Part shown: piece by piece, positions 18,352 through 27,800 of the stretch
How the letters are laid out: each line of letters begins with the position of its first letter
Position numbering within the stretch: position 1 is the first letter of the stretch
NCBI GenBank assembly: GCA_002361365.1
Contig: DEST01000090.1
Location: 1-50,038 of the forward strand
Reading direction: 5' to 3'
Origin: Alphaproteobacteria bacterium UBA3307
Lineage (GTDB): Bacteria > Pseudomonadota > Alphaproteobacteria > RF32 > CAG-239
DNA length: 50,038 nt
Notes under the pieces: generated by a model
What the model was told of the DNA's origin: nothing
The model's database searches: none
The model's input: the letters and a program-made list of their open reading frames with translations, nothing else
Made by a program: the position numbers and the translations under genes

Positions 18352-19011
18352 ATGCATCATCATACGCACGACATAGCACACGATAACGAGCAAAAAACCT
18401 TGTGGGTAATAATTTTTACCGTAATTACAATGGCGGCAGAAATCGTATATGGATACCTGACAAACTCTATGTCTTTACTCGCTGACGGATACCATATGGG
18501 TACTCACGCTCTGGCCTTGGGGCTAACCTATGCGGCATATATTTTGATGCGCCGTTGTTCCGGTTCAAAAAAATTTCCGTGCGGAACCGAAAAAATCGGC
18601 ACTTTGGCAGCATACACCAGTGCTTTGTTTTTAGGTTTTACCGGTGTTTGGATTGTTTGGGAAGCTATACGTCGTTTTTTATATCCGCTGCCAATAGAAT
18701 TTAATGAAGCCATAGTGGTAGCGGTTATTGGACTTTTGGTTAATGCGGTTTGTATTTTTATTATGGAATCACATCATAAGTCTTATAAAGCAGATGAATC
18801 CGATTACAATTTTAAGGCCGCTTATTACCATATTTTAGCCGATGTACTAACCTCGTTAATGGCGATTGTCGCACTTATTTTAGGCAAATTTACCGGCACA
18901 GTCTATTTGGACTCTGCCATTGGAGCTTTGGGAGGAGTGCTGATTTTACGTTGGGCGTTCAAGTTACTCCGGCATACCGTAGCTATTTTGATTGATATGA
19001 AAACAAATTGA
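18352..19011 (+). CDS. Cation diffusion facilitator (CDF) family metal efflux transporter, transmembrane domain only
   Basis: His-rich N-terminus (MHHHTHDIAHD), the TM2 motif SLLADGYHMGTH and the TM5 motif HILADVLTS. The ORF ends right after TM6 at 219 aa. Confidence 0.85.
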   Translation: MHHHTHDIAHDNEQKTLWVIIFTVITMAAEIVYGYLTNSMSLLADGYHMGTHALALGLTYAAYILMRRCSGSKKFPCGTEKIGTLAAYTSALFLGFTGVWIVWEAIRRFLYPLPIEFNEAIVVAVIGLLVNAVCIFIMESHHKSYKADESDYNFKAAYYHILADVLTSLMAIVALILGKFTGTVYLDSAIGALGGVLILRWAFKLLRHTVAILIDMKTN

Positions 19012-19064
19012 AGTGTTCACGCACTAATTTTATGAACATAAAACTGTTGTCGTAAACTATGAAA

Positions 19065-19910
19065 TTATTGCAATTGCATAATACTTTGCGCAATCTGCAA
19101 ATATTGTTGCGGAGAAATATTTTCGGCTCTGGCAGTTGGTGAAATTTGCAATTTTGCACATATCTGTTCCAGATTTTTAACAGATTTAAGACTTTGACGA
19201 ATCATTTTGCGACGTTGCCCAAATGCAGCTTCAGTGAGTTTTTCCACCATCTGCAAAAGCACTAATTCCGGCACTTGCTCCTTAGGCATAAACAACAACA
19301 CGGTTGACCATATTTTTGGTGCCGGCGTAAAACAAGCGGGATGCAAATTCATCAAAGGCTTAATCTGACACATAAGTTGCGCCAGTACGGAAATTCGCCC
19401 ATAGACTTTGCTGTTGGGTATAGCCATTATGCGCTCCGCCACCTCTTTTTGAAACATCAGGGTCAGACTTTGGTACTCCTTAATTTGCCGTAGCCATTTA
19501 AGCAGCAACGGCACAGATATATTATATGGTAAATTACTGACAATATTTTTATTTGAAAGCTCGTCTGCCAAAAAATCGTACCGCAAAGCGTCACCCTCAA
19601 CGATTCGTAACTGAGGATAGCCGGAGTTTTTAAGATCTTGCATAATTTGTATGCAACGCGAATCCATTTCAATAACAGTCAAAGTCTGCGGTTTTGCTTG
19701 CAAAATAGCACGTGTCAAACCGCCGGGACCGGGGCCGATTTCATAAACCGACGCATTAGAAAAATCGGCTTGCCGCTGTGCCTCAAGCGAAAGTTTGATG
19801 ATTTTATCCGTAATATTTCGGTCGAGCAAAAAATTCTGTCCGAGAGACTTTTTCGCCATCAATCCATATTGGTCAACAACTTCACGTAAACTCGGCAATT
19901 TTATCATCAT
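19065..19910 (-). CDS. rsmA: 16S rRNA (adenine1518/1519-N6)-dimethyltransferase
   Basis: KSLGQNFLLD, VYEIGPGPGGLT and SNLPYNIS motifs. ATGA overlap with the surA stop. Confidence 0.93.
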   Translation of the reverse strand: MMIKLPSLREVVDQYGLMAKKSLGQNFLLDRNITDKIIKLSLEAQRQADFSNASVYEIGPGPGGLTRAILQAKPQTLTVIEMDSRCIQIMQDLKNSGYPQLRIVEGDALRYDFLADELSNKNIVSNLPYNISVPLLLKWLRQIKEYQSLTLMFQKEVAERIMAIPNSKVYGRISVLAQLMCQIKPLMNLHPACFTPAPKIWSTVLLFMPKEQVPELVLLQMVEKLTEAAFGQRRKMIRQSLKSVKNLEQICAKLQISPTARAENISPQQYLQIAQSIMQLQ

Positions 19911-21106
19911 ATTTTCTTTTCTATCAGGGCTTTATTGCGTAAATCTTTCATATATTTAATCGAAAATTCTTCCATTTTTTTGTTTTCCAAATATGTTTTA
20001 ACATCACGCTTGCTCGGTAATTTTCCGGCATCTGTTTGCGGATTGAAGATTTTTTCGAGCTTTAAAATATAATAATCATTACCGTATAAAATCGGGTTGG
20101 TTACTCCGCCTTCTTTGAGTTTAAGTACGGCATTTTCCAACGGTTGTGGCAAGCGCCCTTTGAGTACCCAGCCCAAATGTCCGCCGTTTGGTGCACTCGG
20201 ACTTTGCGAAAATTGCATTGCATAAAGTTCAAATCGAGGGTCCTGACGCAGCACTTCTGCCAATGGGGTTAAATCTTTGGCATCTTTTTTATTGACCACA
20301 ATTTCCGAAACCATATATTTTTGGGTTTTCATATCTTTGCGAATGTCTTCAAAAGCACGATTGATATCATTTTCGCCAACAACCGCATAGCTACGCCCTT
20401 TTTGCGCAACCAACTTGCGCCAAGCCAAATCTGACTCGATTTGTCCGGTCCAAACGCTCATCTGCACGTTACCTTGAGCCAGAATCTGCCGTAATTGTCC
20501 TTGTTTCATACCATTGGCTTTTTCAAAATTAGCTACGGCTTGATTGATTTCTTTACGCGAAACTATAATATTGTTCTTTTTTGCCTCTTGAAGTTTCAGC
20601 TTTTCATCAATAGCTCCTTGCAATACGCGATTGGTAATCATTGTCTTGGTTTTGGCATTATACGGAATTCCGGTTGTCAAAATAAAGGCATTGATACGGC
20701 TTTGCATATCCGTACTGGTAATCAGTTCACCGTTGACAAGTGCATAGATTTTAAGTTTTCCGCCATAAAGAGTAATAGGTTTAAGTTCTTCTGCACGTTT
20801 ACGAGCGGCTTCTTCTTCGGCGCGACGTTGTGCTTCCATTTGCGCCTGATAACGCTCGTATTCAGCCTTTTTGCGGGCGTATTCTTCGGCTTTTCTGCGC
20901 ATTTCTTCTCGTTGACGTTCTATCTCTGCTTTTTGCTCGGCACTCAAACTGCGATACTCATTAGCATTGCGGCGATACATAATTGAATTTGTGCTTGGCT
21001 GTGCCGCACGGATTGCCGAATCCAACTGCTGCATATTTACTCCTTCTGCTGCCGCCAATGGAGCATACCCCAACCAAAGTGCAATCAATAAAACTGCTTT
21101 TTTCAT
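19907..21106 (-). CDS. surA: SurA-like periplasmic chaperone / parvulin PPIase, with an N-terminal charged coiled-coil insertion
   Basis: Signal peptide, SurA_N-like region (ALVNGELITSTDMQSRI), and a C-terminal parvulin segment (GGHLGWV...LKEGGVTNPI). It sits between lptD and rsmA, as is usual. Confidence 0.8.
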   Translation of the reverse strand: MKKAVLLIALWLGYAPLAAAEGVNMQQLDSAIRAAQPSTNSIMYRRNANEYRSLSAEQKAEIERQREEMRRKAEEYARKKAEYERYQAQMEAQRRAEEEAARKRAEELKPITLYGGKLKIYALVNGELITSTDMQSRINAFILTTGIPYNAKTKTMITNRVLQGAIDEKLKLQEAKKNNIIVSRKEINQAVANFEKANGMKQGQLRQILAQGNVQMSVWTGQIESDLAWRKLVAQKGRSYAVVGENDINRAFEDIRKDMKTQKYMVSEIVVNKKDAKDLTPLAEVLRQDPRFELYAMQFSQSPSAPNGGHLGWVLKGRLPQPLENAVLKLKEGGVTNPILYGNDYYILKLEKIFNPQTDAGKLPSKRDVKTYLENKKMEEFSIKYMKDLRNKALIEKKI

Positions 21107-21123
21107 TTTTTCTCCTTTAATTT

Positions 21124-23397
21124 TTATGAGCCGAAACTACCGATTGTCTTCAAATAAAATGTCATACCATATTCGTAATCATTGTCAAGATTTGGATTAC
21201 TTGTGTTATATTTTTTAAAATTCAAATCCCATTTAAAGCACTCATCTTCATAAATCACGCTTCCGCCGTGTTCCAATTTACCTTTGCGCTTTTTAGTCAA
21301 GTCTTTCAGATTATATAGCGAAAACGCCCAATTTTCCGAAACTGCAACCTTTACCGCCGTATATATCTCTTTACGCTCGGAATACAAGTCATTATAATGA
21401 GTATTGCCTTGCAGAAAGATATATGAGGTATTAAATTTCAAAAATGACGGACCGACATTAAATCCCAATTCACTATACTTGGCATCAAAACTTTTGCGGT
21501 CAAGCCGGAAACGATAGTTTAAATCTAAATACTGATTCGGAGAGGCGCTGATTCGACCGACCAAATCACTGAAATGCGACTTTTCATCGGCATCTAGCCC
21601 TTGTAAAAAGTCTGATTTATCATCTTGTTCCAATGTTTGCGCAATAAAAGCAGATGTCTTACCGAAAATGTTACCATACGAATTCCAGCGTAAGCCATAG
21701 CTGACTCTGCTTCCGGAATCATTACGGTCGTAACCGACATAGCGATCTAAATCCAAAACGTTAGTATCATCAAAATAAACATCTTCGCTGTCTTCATTAG
21801 GAATCTTATCGGTCTTATTCCCTCCATTTGGCGAAGCCACAGCTACCACCACCGGTTCAATAATCTGCCGCGAAGATTCAGTTGCGCGAACAAACGGCAA
21901 TCGCCACTCAACCCCGACCTGTGGAAAAACCCGTGCTGTGGTACCTGTATAAGTGTCTTTTGGGGAGTACGCATAGCGGTTAACATAGTATGCATCAGAT
22001 TTTAACGAAGCTACAAAACGATATTTTTCACCAAAAGGAGTGGTCAACGGTAATTCCCACGCATTTATTGATGTCACTCGCTGAGTTTCTGCTCCGTTTT
22101 TATGATAAATCGAGGCGGTATTAAATTCATTGCGAATATGCGAACCTAAAAACAGCGGGTCAGAATAAAATTCTGCATCAATCAAAGGAGCTACCGTCGG
22201 TTTTTTGCTATTAAGTGTCCTAAATTGATTAACATTGCGGCGATGCAAATTATAACTCAAAATCTTGTAATAATAAGCATCTACCGAAACATAATCTCTG
22301 CCGGAAAAACGTTCTAACTTTATGTTTGAATTCAACCACGCATCATCTTGATTGGGTAAACCTATATCTTTGAGATATATGTAATCCGAAACATAGCGCC
22401 AATCATAAGTCATACGCCAATCATTATTGATATCGTGCCGACCGCGCAAAATGAAATTACCGCGGTTTTGCGGTCGCTTAGCTTCGTTATCTTTCAAATA
22501 CGAACCGCTTAATGAAACATAGCTATTATAAAAGTAGTGTGATATTTCACCATTCCATACCGGATTTTTAGAGGATGAAAAAATCGGAGCAAACAGCACA
22601 TTCGTTTGGTCATCAACCGCCCAAAAGTATCGAGGTTGAAAGTAAGCGTCTAAATAATTTGAACTGCCAAGAGTCGGTGCCAACAGACCGGAACGACGTT
22701 TTACCGACGGGTCCGGATGTGTCATAAACGGCGTATAAAACACCGGCACACCTTTAATATAGATAAACGCGTGGTTATAATACACATTTTGTGTTTCCTC
22801 CTGATGTTGCACTTTGAGTGCCTTAACTTGCCAAAGAGGATTTTTACCTTCACAAACATCACAAGCGGTATAGGTTGCGTGACGCATCAGTTTAGTATTA
22901 TTATTTTTCTTGCGGAAAAATTTGGCGGTGACAAACGATTCATCTTTTAGCAATGCCTTTATATTATTCATATCTCCGATGCTCATATTATCGGATAATA
23001 CAACTTTATCACCCCACACTACAGAGCCATCTGCAGAATATAGTTTGACATTGCCGATAGCTGTAACGGTATCGGCATTTTGGTCATAAATCAGCTCATC
23101 AGTCAAAAGTCGCATACCGGCATACAAAATTTCGACATTACCGGTTGCCGTGATTACTTTCGTAGTATCATCATTTATTACCTCATCAGCCCCAAAGTCT
23201 ATCGGTTCAGATTCAGCGGTGCTTGTGTCTGCATTGTGGACATTAGAAAAATCAACAATATTGTTTGTAACATACATATTGGCCTTTGGATGTCTTTCTT
23301 CTTTTTTTTGCAGTTCGCCGGCTTCGCTGACGGCAAATGCCGACCGACATTGCAGAGCCACAAATAAAACAGATAATATCAAAAACTTAATTTTCAT
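21124..23397 (-). CDS. lptD: LPS-assembly outer-membrane protein LptD (OstA)
   Basis: 757 aa with a signal peptide. An OstA N-terminal domain (ITATGNVEILYAGMRLLTDELIYDQNADTVTAIGNVKL) is followed by a large C-terminal beta-barrel region. Neighbours are lptF/G and surA. Confidence 0.9.
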   Translation of the reverse strand: MKIKFLILSVLFVALQCRSAFAVSEAGELQKKEERHPKANMYVTNNIVDFSNVHNADTSTAESEPIDFGADEVINDDTTKVITATGNVEILYAGMRLLTDELIYDQNADTVTAIGNVKLYSADGSVVWGDKVVLSDNMSIGDMNNIKALLKDESFVTAKFFRKKNNNTKLMRHATYTACDVCEGKNPLWQVKALKVQHQEETQNVYYNHAFIYIKGVPVFYTPFMTHPDPSVKRRSGLLAPTLGSSNYLDAYFQPRYFWAVDDQTNVLFAPIFSSSKNPVWNGEISHYFYNSYVSLSGSYLKDNEAKRPQNRGNFILRGRHDINNDWRMTYDWRYVSDYIYLKDIGLPNQDDAWLNSNIKLERFSGRDYVSVDAYYYKILSYNLHRRNVNQFRTLNSKKPTVAPLIDAEFYSDPLFLGSHIRNEFNTASIYHKNGAETQRVTSINAWELPLTTPFGEKYRFVASLKSDAYYVNRYAYSPKDTYTGTTARVFPQVGVEWRLPFVRATESSRQIIEPVVVAVASPNGGNKTDKIPNEDSEDVYFDDTNVLDLDRYVGYDRNDSGSRVSYGLRWNSYGNIFGKTSAFIAQTLEQDDKSDFLQGLDADEKSHFSDLVGRISASPNQYLDLNYRFRLDRKSFDAKYSELGFNVGPSFLKFNTSYIFLQGNTHYNDLYSERKEIYTAVKVAVSENWAFSLYNLKDLTKKRKGKLEHGGSVIYEDECFKWDLNFKKYNTSNPNLDNDYEYGMTFYLKTIGSFGS

Positions 23398-24517
23398 ATT
23401 GCAAGTCCCTATTGCGTTTAACGCGGTGAAAATAAAACGGATTATAAAACAGCAGCAGATAAATACATATCAGCAACGGTAGAATACAATTCAGATACAT
23501 TAACGGTAAAAACCAAATAAAGCGACCGGCTAAGTTGGCCAAAGCCAAATCAGTTCCTACTACCAAAATCATACAAATTACTTCTATGGCGATAATTTTG
23601 GTTTGTCCGCGCCGATTAAAATTACAAATAAGCAAACCGGTGCAAGCAATCATAGCCAGCACTAAATTTAAGAATGGATATAAAATTCGGCGATGACCTT
23701 CCACTATATTTTTACGCATTTCCGGCGGAGTAAGAGAGGCATCATCAGCAGCATTTATCAGTTCCCAAAAACTCTTTTCGCGCACCGATTGTTCCTTTTG
23801 TTTTGCTCCGCCGCCGGAATTAAACTCTGCCGAATAGCGGCTGAAAGCTAGCATACTGAATTTGTTATTCTGTTTATTGATTTCTTGACGCACGCCATTG
23901 ATAAATAGAATACGTGAGCCTTTATCTGTTTGAAACAAGCGTCCTTTTTCAGCCGTCAGAGTAACTTTCAAATCCGGCTTACTCTCATCTGAAACAAAAA
24001 TTCCCGTTACCGAACCATCGTTTTCATGCTTATCAATAAAAACCGTCAATCCGTTGCGCAGAGTAGTAAATTCGCCTTCACGAAAAACCGCCTGAGTCAA
24101 GTTATTTTGCACCTGCCACTCAAGCTCACGAAATTTTTGTTCTGCCACCGGAATGCCAATATTCATTACATATACGTTGAACAAGGATAAAACAATTCCT
24201 ATCATCAACGGAGCACGAGCGTTTTTCCACGGGCTGATTCCGGCAGATTGCATAATCACTAATTCGCGGTCGACAATAAGTCGATTATATACAAAAAATA
24301 CCGCCACAAACAAGGCAATCGGTGACAAAACATTAAAAATTCTCGGCATTAACAGTGAAGTCATTTGCGCAAATAAATAAACCGGCAATCCCTGCCTTGT
24401 CACCATTTCGACAAAGCGCAAAGATTGTGTCAGCCATAGCATAGCCAGCAATGAGCACGAAATCAGAATAAAGCCGACAACAATTTGTTTGGCTATATAT
24501 GCGTTTAATATTTTCAT
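23387..24517 (-). CDS. LptF/LptG-family LPS export permease (YjgP/YjgQ)
   Basis: Six-TM topology with a periplasmic beta-jellyroll insert. N-terminus MKILNAYIAKQIVVGF. It overlaps the lptD start by 11 nt. I cannot tell F from G by eye. Confidence 0.85.
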   Translation of the reverse strand: MKILNAYIAKQIVVGFILISCSLLAMLWLTQSLRFVEMVTRQGLPVYLFAQMTSLLMPRIFNVLSPIALFVAVFFVYNRLIVDRELVIMQSAGISPWKNARAPLMIGIVLSLFNVYVMNIGIPVAEQKFRELEWQVQNNLTQAVFREGEFTTLRNGLTVFIDKHENDGSVTGIFVSDESKPDLKVTLTAEKGRLFQTDKGSRILFINGVRQEINKQNNKFSMLAFSRYSAEFNSGGGAKQKEQSVREKSFWELINAADDASLTPPEMRKNIVEGHRRILYPFLNLVLAMIACTGLLICNFNRRGQTKIIAIEVICMILVVGTDLALANLAGRFIWFLPLMYLNCILPLLICIYLLLFYNPFYFHRVKRNRDLQYEN

Positions 24518-24966
24518 AAGCGCGATTATAGCGGCATAATTTGCTTAAATAAATAAATATTTGCAAGATATACCCCCATTTTTGATATTATGGCAATTTA
24601 TAAAGATTTATTATTGCCGAATCTATCTTTTTGCTTTCTTAAATTCCAGAATCATCATTGTAGCATCGTCGAACTGTTCAGCTTCTTAACAAATTTGCCG
24701 ATTTCAAAGGTTAATTTTGGACTTAATACTCTTAAGCATACATTATTTCCTTGACGGCAATTTTATTATTATTTTTACAACATTAAATACCTTTATGCAA
24801 ATTATGAATATAAACTCAAAAGCACAAAACCGCTCCTTTAAATTGACCGGTTTGTTACTTTGTAAGATACTGATTTTACTATGTTTAATTGTTGAAAGTT
24901 CGATAAATTTTGCAGGGTTGATGTTTGTAAAATAAACAATTGAATTTTTTATAATTTAGCTCAGAC

Positions 24967-24998
24967 AAAAAAAGAATCCGATAAAAATATCGGACTCT
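24967..24998 (-). terminator. Rho-independent terminator of grpE
   Basis: On the minus strand the hairpin is TCCGAT-ATTTTT-ATCGGA (plus-strand 24978-24983 and 24990-24995). A T8 run follows (plus-strand A-run 24967-24974), about 25 nt after the grpE stop. Confidence 0.7.
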
Positions 24999-25022
24999 TC
25001 GGTATACCTTGGTTTATGATTT

Positions 25023-25604
25023 TTATTTTTCTCCGCCTTTGGTAACAATCACCATTGCCTCACGCAAAATACGGTCGTTTATTAAGTATGCCGATTGCAA
25101 CTCTGCTACAACCGTACCTGCCGGCTTTTGAGCATCTTCAACTTCTTGCACAACACGCTCAATATTCGGGTCAAAAATCTTATCTAAACTGTCAACTTTA
25201 CGAATTCCGAACTTATTAAACACCTTGGTGAGTTCCTTTTGCGTCATTTTAACTCCGTCAAGCAAGGCCTTAAAATGTTCCTTATGGTCTTCGTGGGCGG
25301 AAGTTATTGCGCGGTGCAGATTATCCGCTACCGGTAACAATTCTTTAGCAAACGAAGACAGGGCAAATTTAGCATTTTTTTCCATTTCTGCCTGACAGCG
25401 TTTTTTAGCGTTTTCTACCTCGGCATAAGCTCGCAAACACGAATCTTTTAGGCTGGCATTTTCTTCTCTTAGTTGTTCCAACTCTGAATTAAGCTCAGGA
25501 CTTTTCTCGGAAGTAGTAAAATGCTGAGTTGTTTCTGAGGCCGTTTCCTCCGTAATTTCTTCCAAATTATCATCAGGTAATGTTGTTTCTTTTTGTGTAG
25601 TCAT
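25023..25604 (-). CDS. grpE: Nucleotide exchange factor GrpE
   Basis: Acidic N-terminus, coiled coil (LRAYAEVENAKKR), and a C-terminal beta domain (FDPNIERVV...GYLINDRILREAMVIV). Confidence 0.92.
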   Translation of the reverse strand: MTTQKETTLPDDNLEEITEETASETTQHFTTSEKSPELNSELEQLREENASLKDSCLRAYAEVENAKKRCQAEMEKNAKFALSSFAKELLPVADNLHRAITSAHEDHKEHFKALLDGVKMTQKELTKVFNKFGIRKVDSLDKIFDPNIERVVQEVEDAQKPAGTVVAELQSAYLINDRILREAMVIVTKGGEK

Positions 25605-25656
25605 TTTATCCTCTTTATAAATACGAAACAGTTGATGTATTTGTTCTTTGCATAGA

Positions 25657-25685
25657 ACTTAGTGTTTTCTGTTTTAGAAGTCAAG
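25657..25685 (-). promoter_or_regulatory. Candidate heat-shock/housekeeping promoter upstream of grpE
   Basis: Read on the minus strand: CTTGAC (25685-25680), a 17-nt spacer, then CTAAGT (25662-25657). This loosely resembles the alphaproteobacterial sigma32 pattern CTTG-N17-CYTATNT. It lies about 50 nt upstream of the ATG. Confidence 0.3.
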
Positions 25686-25766
25686 ACCTCTTTTTTTTGT
25701 TGAAGGTTATAAATAAAAGGATTATATTATATTTATTGATAATTATTTTTGGCGGGAGTTATTTGT

Positions 25767-27800
25767 ATGTGTGCGGTTGTTATTGGTGCAGGTCAAAAAA
25801 TTTTTGAGTTTTTACCGACGAGTTTTAATAAGAAAAAATTTATAATTAATTATGCCGTACCGCAAAATGATTTACTCGGTCAAATGCAGATGATGTCTAA
25901 ACAACAATGTTTCGGTAATACTGAGTGGCCGAACATAAATACCATCAACGCGTGGATGATTAGTGCCGAAACCGCAACCTTTATGAAATGCGGCGGACTG
26001 GGTATGGTTGCCTCCGAATTGCCGGAAAATTTTAATGCGGTATTTGGCAAAAATCAGCACAAAATTTCTATTATTACGCCTATGTATTTAGGTAATACCG
26101 GACGTAAAAAAGCAGAGTTTAAAAATAATATTTACGTTGGGGCAGAAGGCAAATCTACTCCGGTAAATAAAATCAAAACCATCAAAATCCGCTTTGCCGG
26201 ACGACAAAAATTACGCACTTTTGAAGTAGAAATTTATGCAGGAAAACTTAATGACGTGACTTATTATTTTGTACGTTGTGATTACTTTTTCAGCATAAAT
26301 CCGGCAGAGCAGAATCCTTCCGGTCAAACCGGTTGCTATGTTTGGAATGTCAACGGAGTTGATGAAGTTGAGCGCTTTGCGTTTTTTTCTAAAGCTGTGT
26401 ACATCTTGCTCGAAGAATTGGTGGAAAAACCAAATCCGGATTTTACAACTCCAAATATTTTGTTGGCTAATGATTGGCATAGCGGTGCACTTTCAGGACT
26501 GACAAAATATCTGACTCTGGCAAAAGTATTTGTAGGACAAATGAATGCTCAAATCGCTGAAAAAATCAAGAATATACCGATTATTCATATTGCGCATCAC
26601 ATGGGATATCAAGGCTGGGATTATAATAATACTTCGCGTATCCTTAATTCTTTGTATGAAGATTTAGCTACTCTGGTGCTGAAAAATGCAAAAGCCGTAA
26701 AAAACAGCAATCCGCGAACACAAAATGCACTGATGGTGAGCGATACTTACAATCAGGCATCTGCCAATATGCTCCTAGCCGACAGAATAATCACTGTTTC
26801 CAAAAACTATATGGAAGAAGTTTCTTCCAACAAAAGTTTTGGGTTTGATTTTAGAAATATTCTGAAAATTCGCAAAGACCACCGCAACTTTTTTGGAATA
26901 ATTAACGGCTATGAAAAACGGCTAATTTCGCCAAATGCAAAAAAAATCCGTGAAATCAATGAATATTTCAAAATTACCGACTTTAAGTTTTATGATGAAA
27001 ATAGCTTGAATATTAAGCAGCATAATAAATGCGAATGCTTTAAGCTACTATCTCGTTTGGCTACCGATGAGAATTATAAACAGCAGATGATTCCGTTGAT
27101 TGATTTGTATCAGTTTGATGATATTTCAACTTTGGTGTCTGAAGTTGAGCATATTCCGGTAATTTGTATGACCAGCAGAATGGTGGAACAAAAAGGTTAT
27201 GATATGGCAATTCATGCGATTTTGCACGTTATCGACCGCTATAAAAACGCACCGCAAAACTTTCCTATTTTCATTTTAGGCGGTGCCGGAAATAAAGATT
27301 TATACAGTGATTTAATGATGCTTAAAGATACGGCAAAGCAAATGTTCCGTGAATTTGCCAAGCGTATTTTTGTGTTTCGCGGATATAAAGACGAATTTGC
27401 CTATTCCGTTCAATTGGCTGCGGATTTTTATATGATGCCGTCATATTTTGAACCGTGCGGTTTGACACAAATGGAAGCGATGGCCAAAGGAACACTGCCG
27501 ATTGCCACTTCTACCGGCGGTTTGGTGGATACAATAGAAGACGGAGTTGATGGTTTCAGAACTGAAGCATTTTTTGCCGGCGGAGAAAAAATATATGGCA
27601 CCAATGCGGCGGCACAAAGACTGCAAAATAACCTTAATGCTTATGAATCCGCTCTTGAAAAAGCATTGCGTTGCTTTTACGCCGCGCCCGAAAAAATGCG
27701 ACAAATGCAACAACAAGCTATGCGGGACGATTTCAGTTGGTCATCACCGGAAGGTTCGGTTTATAAGTATTATAATCTGTTCAAAACCGGTACGATTTAG
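25767..27800 (+). CDS. Glycogen/starch-synthase-like GT5 glycosyltransferase, unusually long (about 640-680 aa); start uncertain (ATG 25767, or the Met cluster near 25884-25893)
   Basis: The N-terminal KCGGLGMV matches the GlgA K-x-GGL motif. The C-terminal EPCGLTQMEAMAKGTLPIATSTGGLVDT matches the GT-B sugar-nucleotide binding motif of glycogen synthases. GGGAG lies upstream of ATG 25767. Confidence 0.8.
   Translation: MCAVVIGAGQKIFEFLPTSFNKKKFIINYAVPQNDLLGQMQMMSKQQCFGNTEWPNINTINAWMISAETATFMKCGGLGMVASELPENFNAVFGKNQHKISIITPMYLGNTGRKKAEFKNNIYVGAEGKSTPVNKIKTIKIRFAGRQKLRTFEVEIYAGKLNDVTYYFVRCDYFFSINPAEQNPSGQTGCYVWNVNGVDEVERFAFFSKAVYILLEELVEKPNPDFTTPNILLANDWHSGALSGLTKYLTLAKVFVGQMNAQIAEKIKNIPIIHIAHHMGYQGWDYNNTSRILNSLYEDLATLVLKNAKAVKNSNPRTQNALMVSDTYNQASANMLLADRIITVSKNYMEEVSSNKSFGFDFRNILKIRKDHRNFFGIINGYEKRLISPNAKKIREINEYFKITDFKFYDENSLNIKQHNKCECFKLLSRLATDENYKQQMIPLIDLYQFDDISTLVSEVEHIPVICMTSRMVEQKGYDMAIHAILHVIDRYKNAPQNFPIFILGGAGNKDLYSDLMMLKDTAKQMFREFAKRIFVFRGYKDEFAYSVQLAADFYMMPSYFEPCGLTQMEAMAKGTLPIATSTGGLVDTIEDGVDGFRTEAFFAGGEKIYGTNAAAQRLQNNLNAYESALEKALRCFYAAPEKMRQMQQQAMRDDFSWSSPEGSVYKYYNLFKTGTI

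Noticed and set aside
24717-24935. A 72-aa ORF in the lptF/G-grpE spacer.
   Set aside because: It has a TTG start, no RBS, and an extremely AT-rich, low-complexity hydrophobic product. It is most likely a random ORF in AT-rich DNA.
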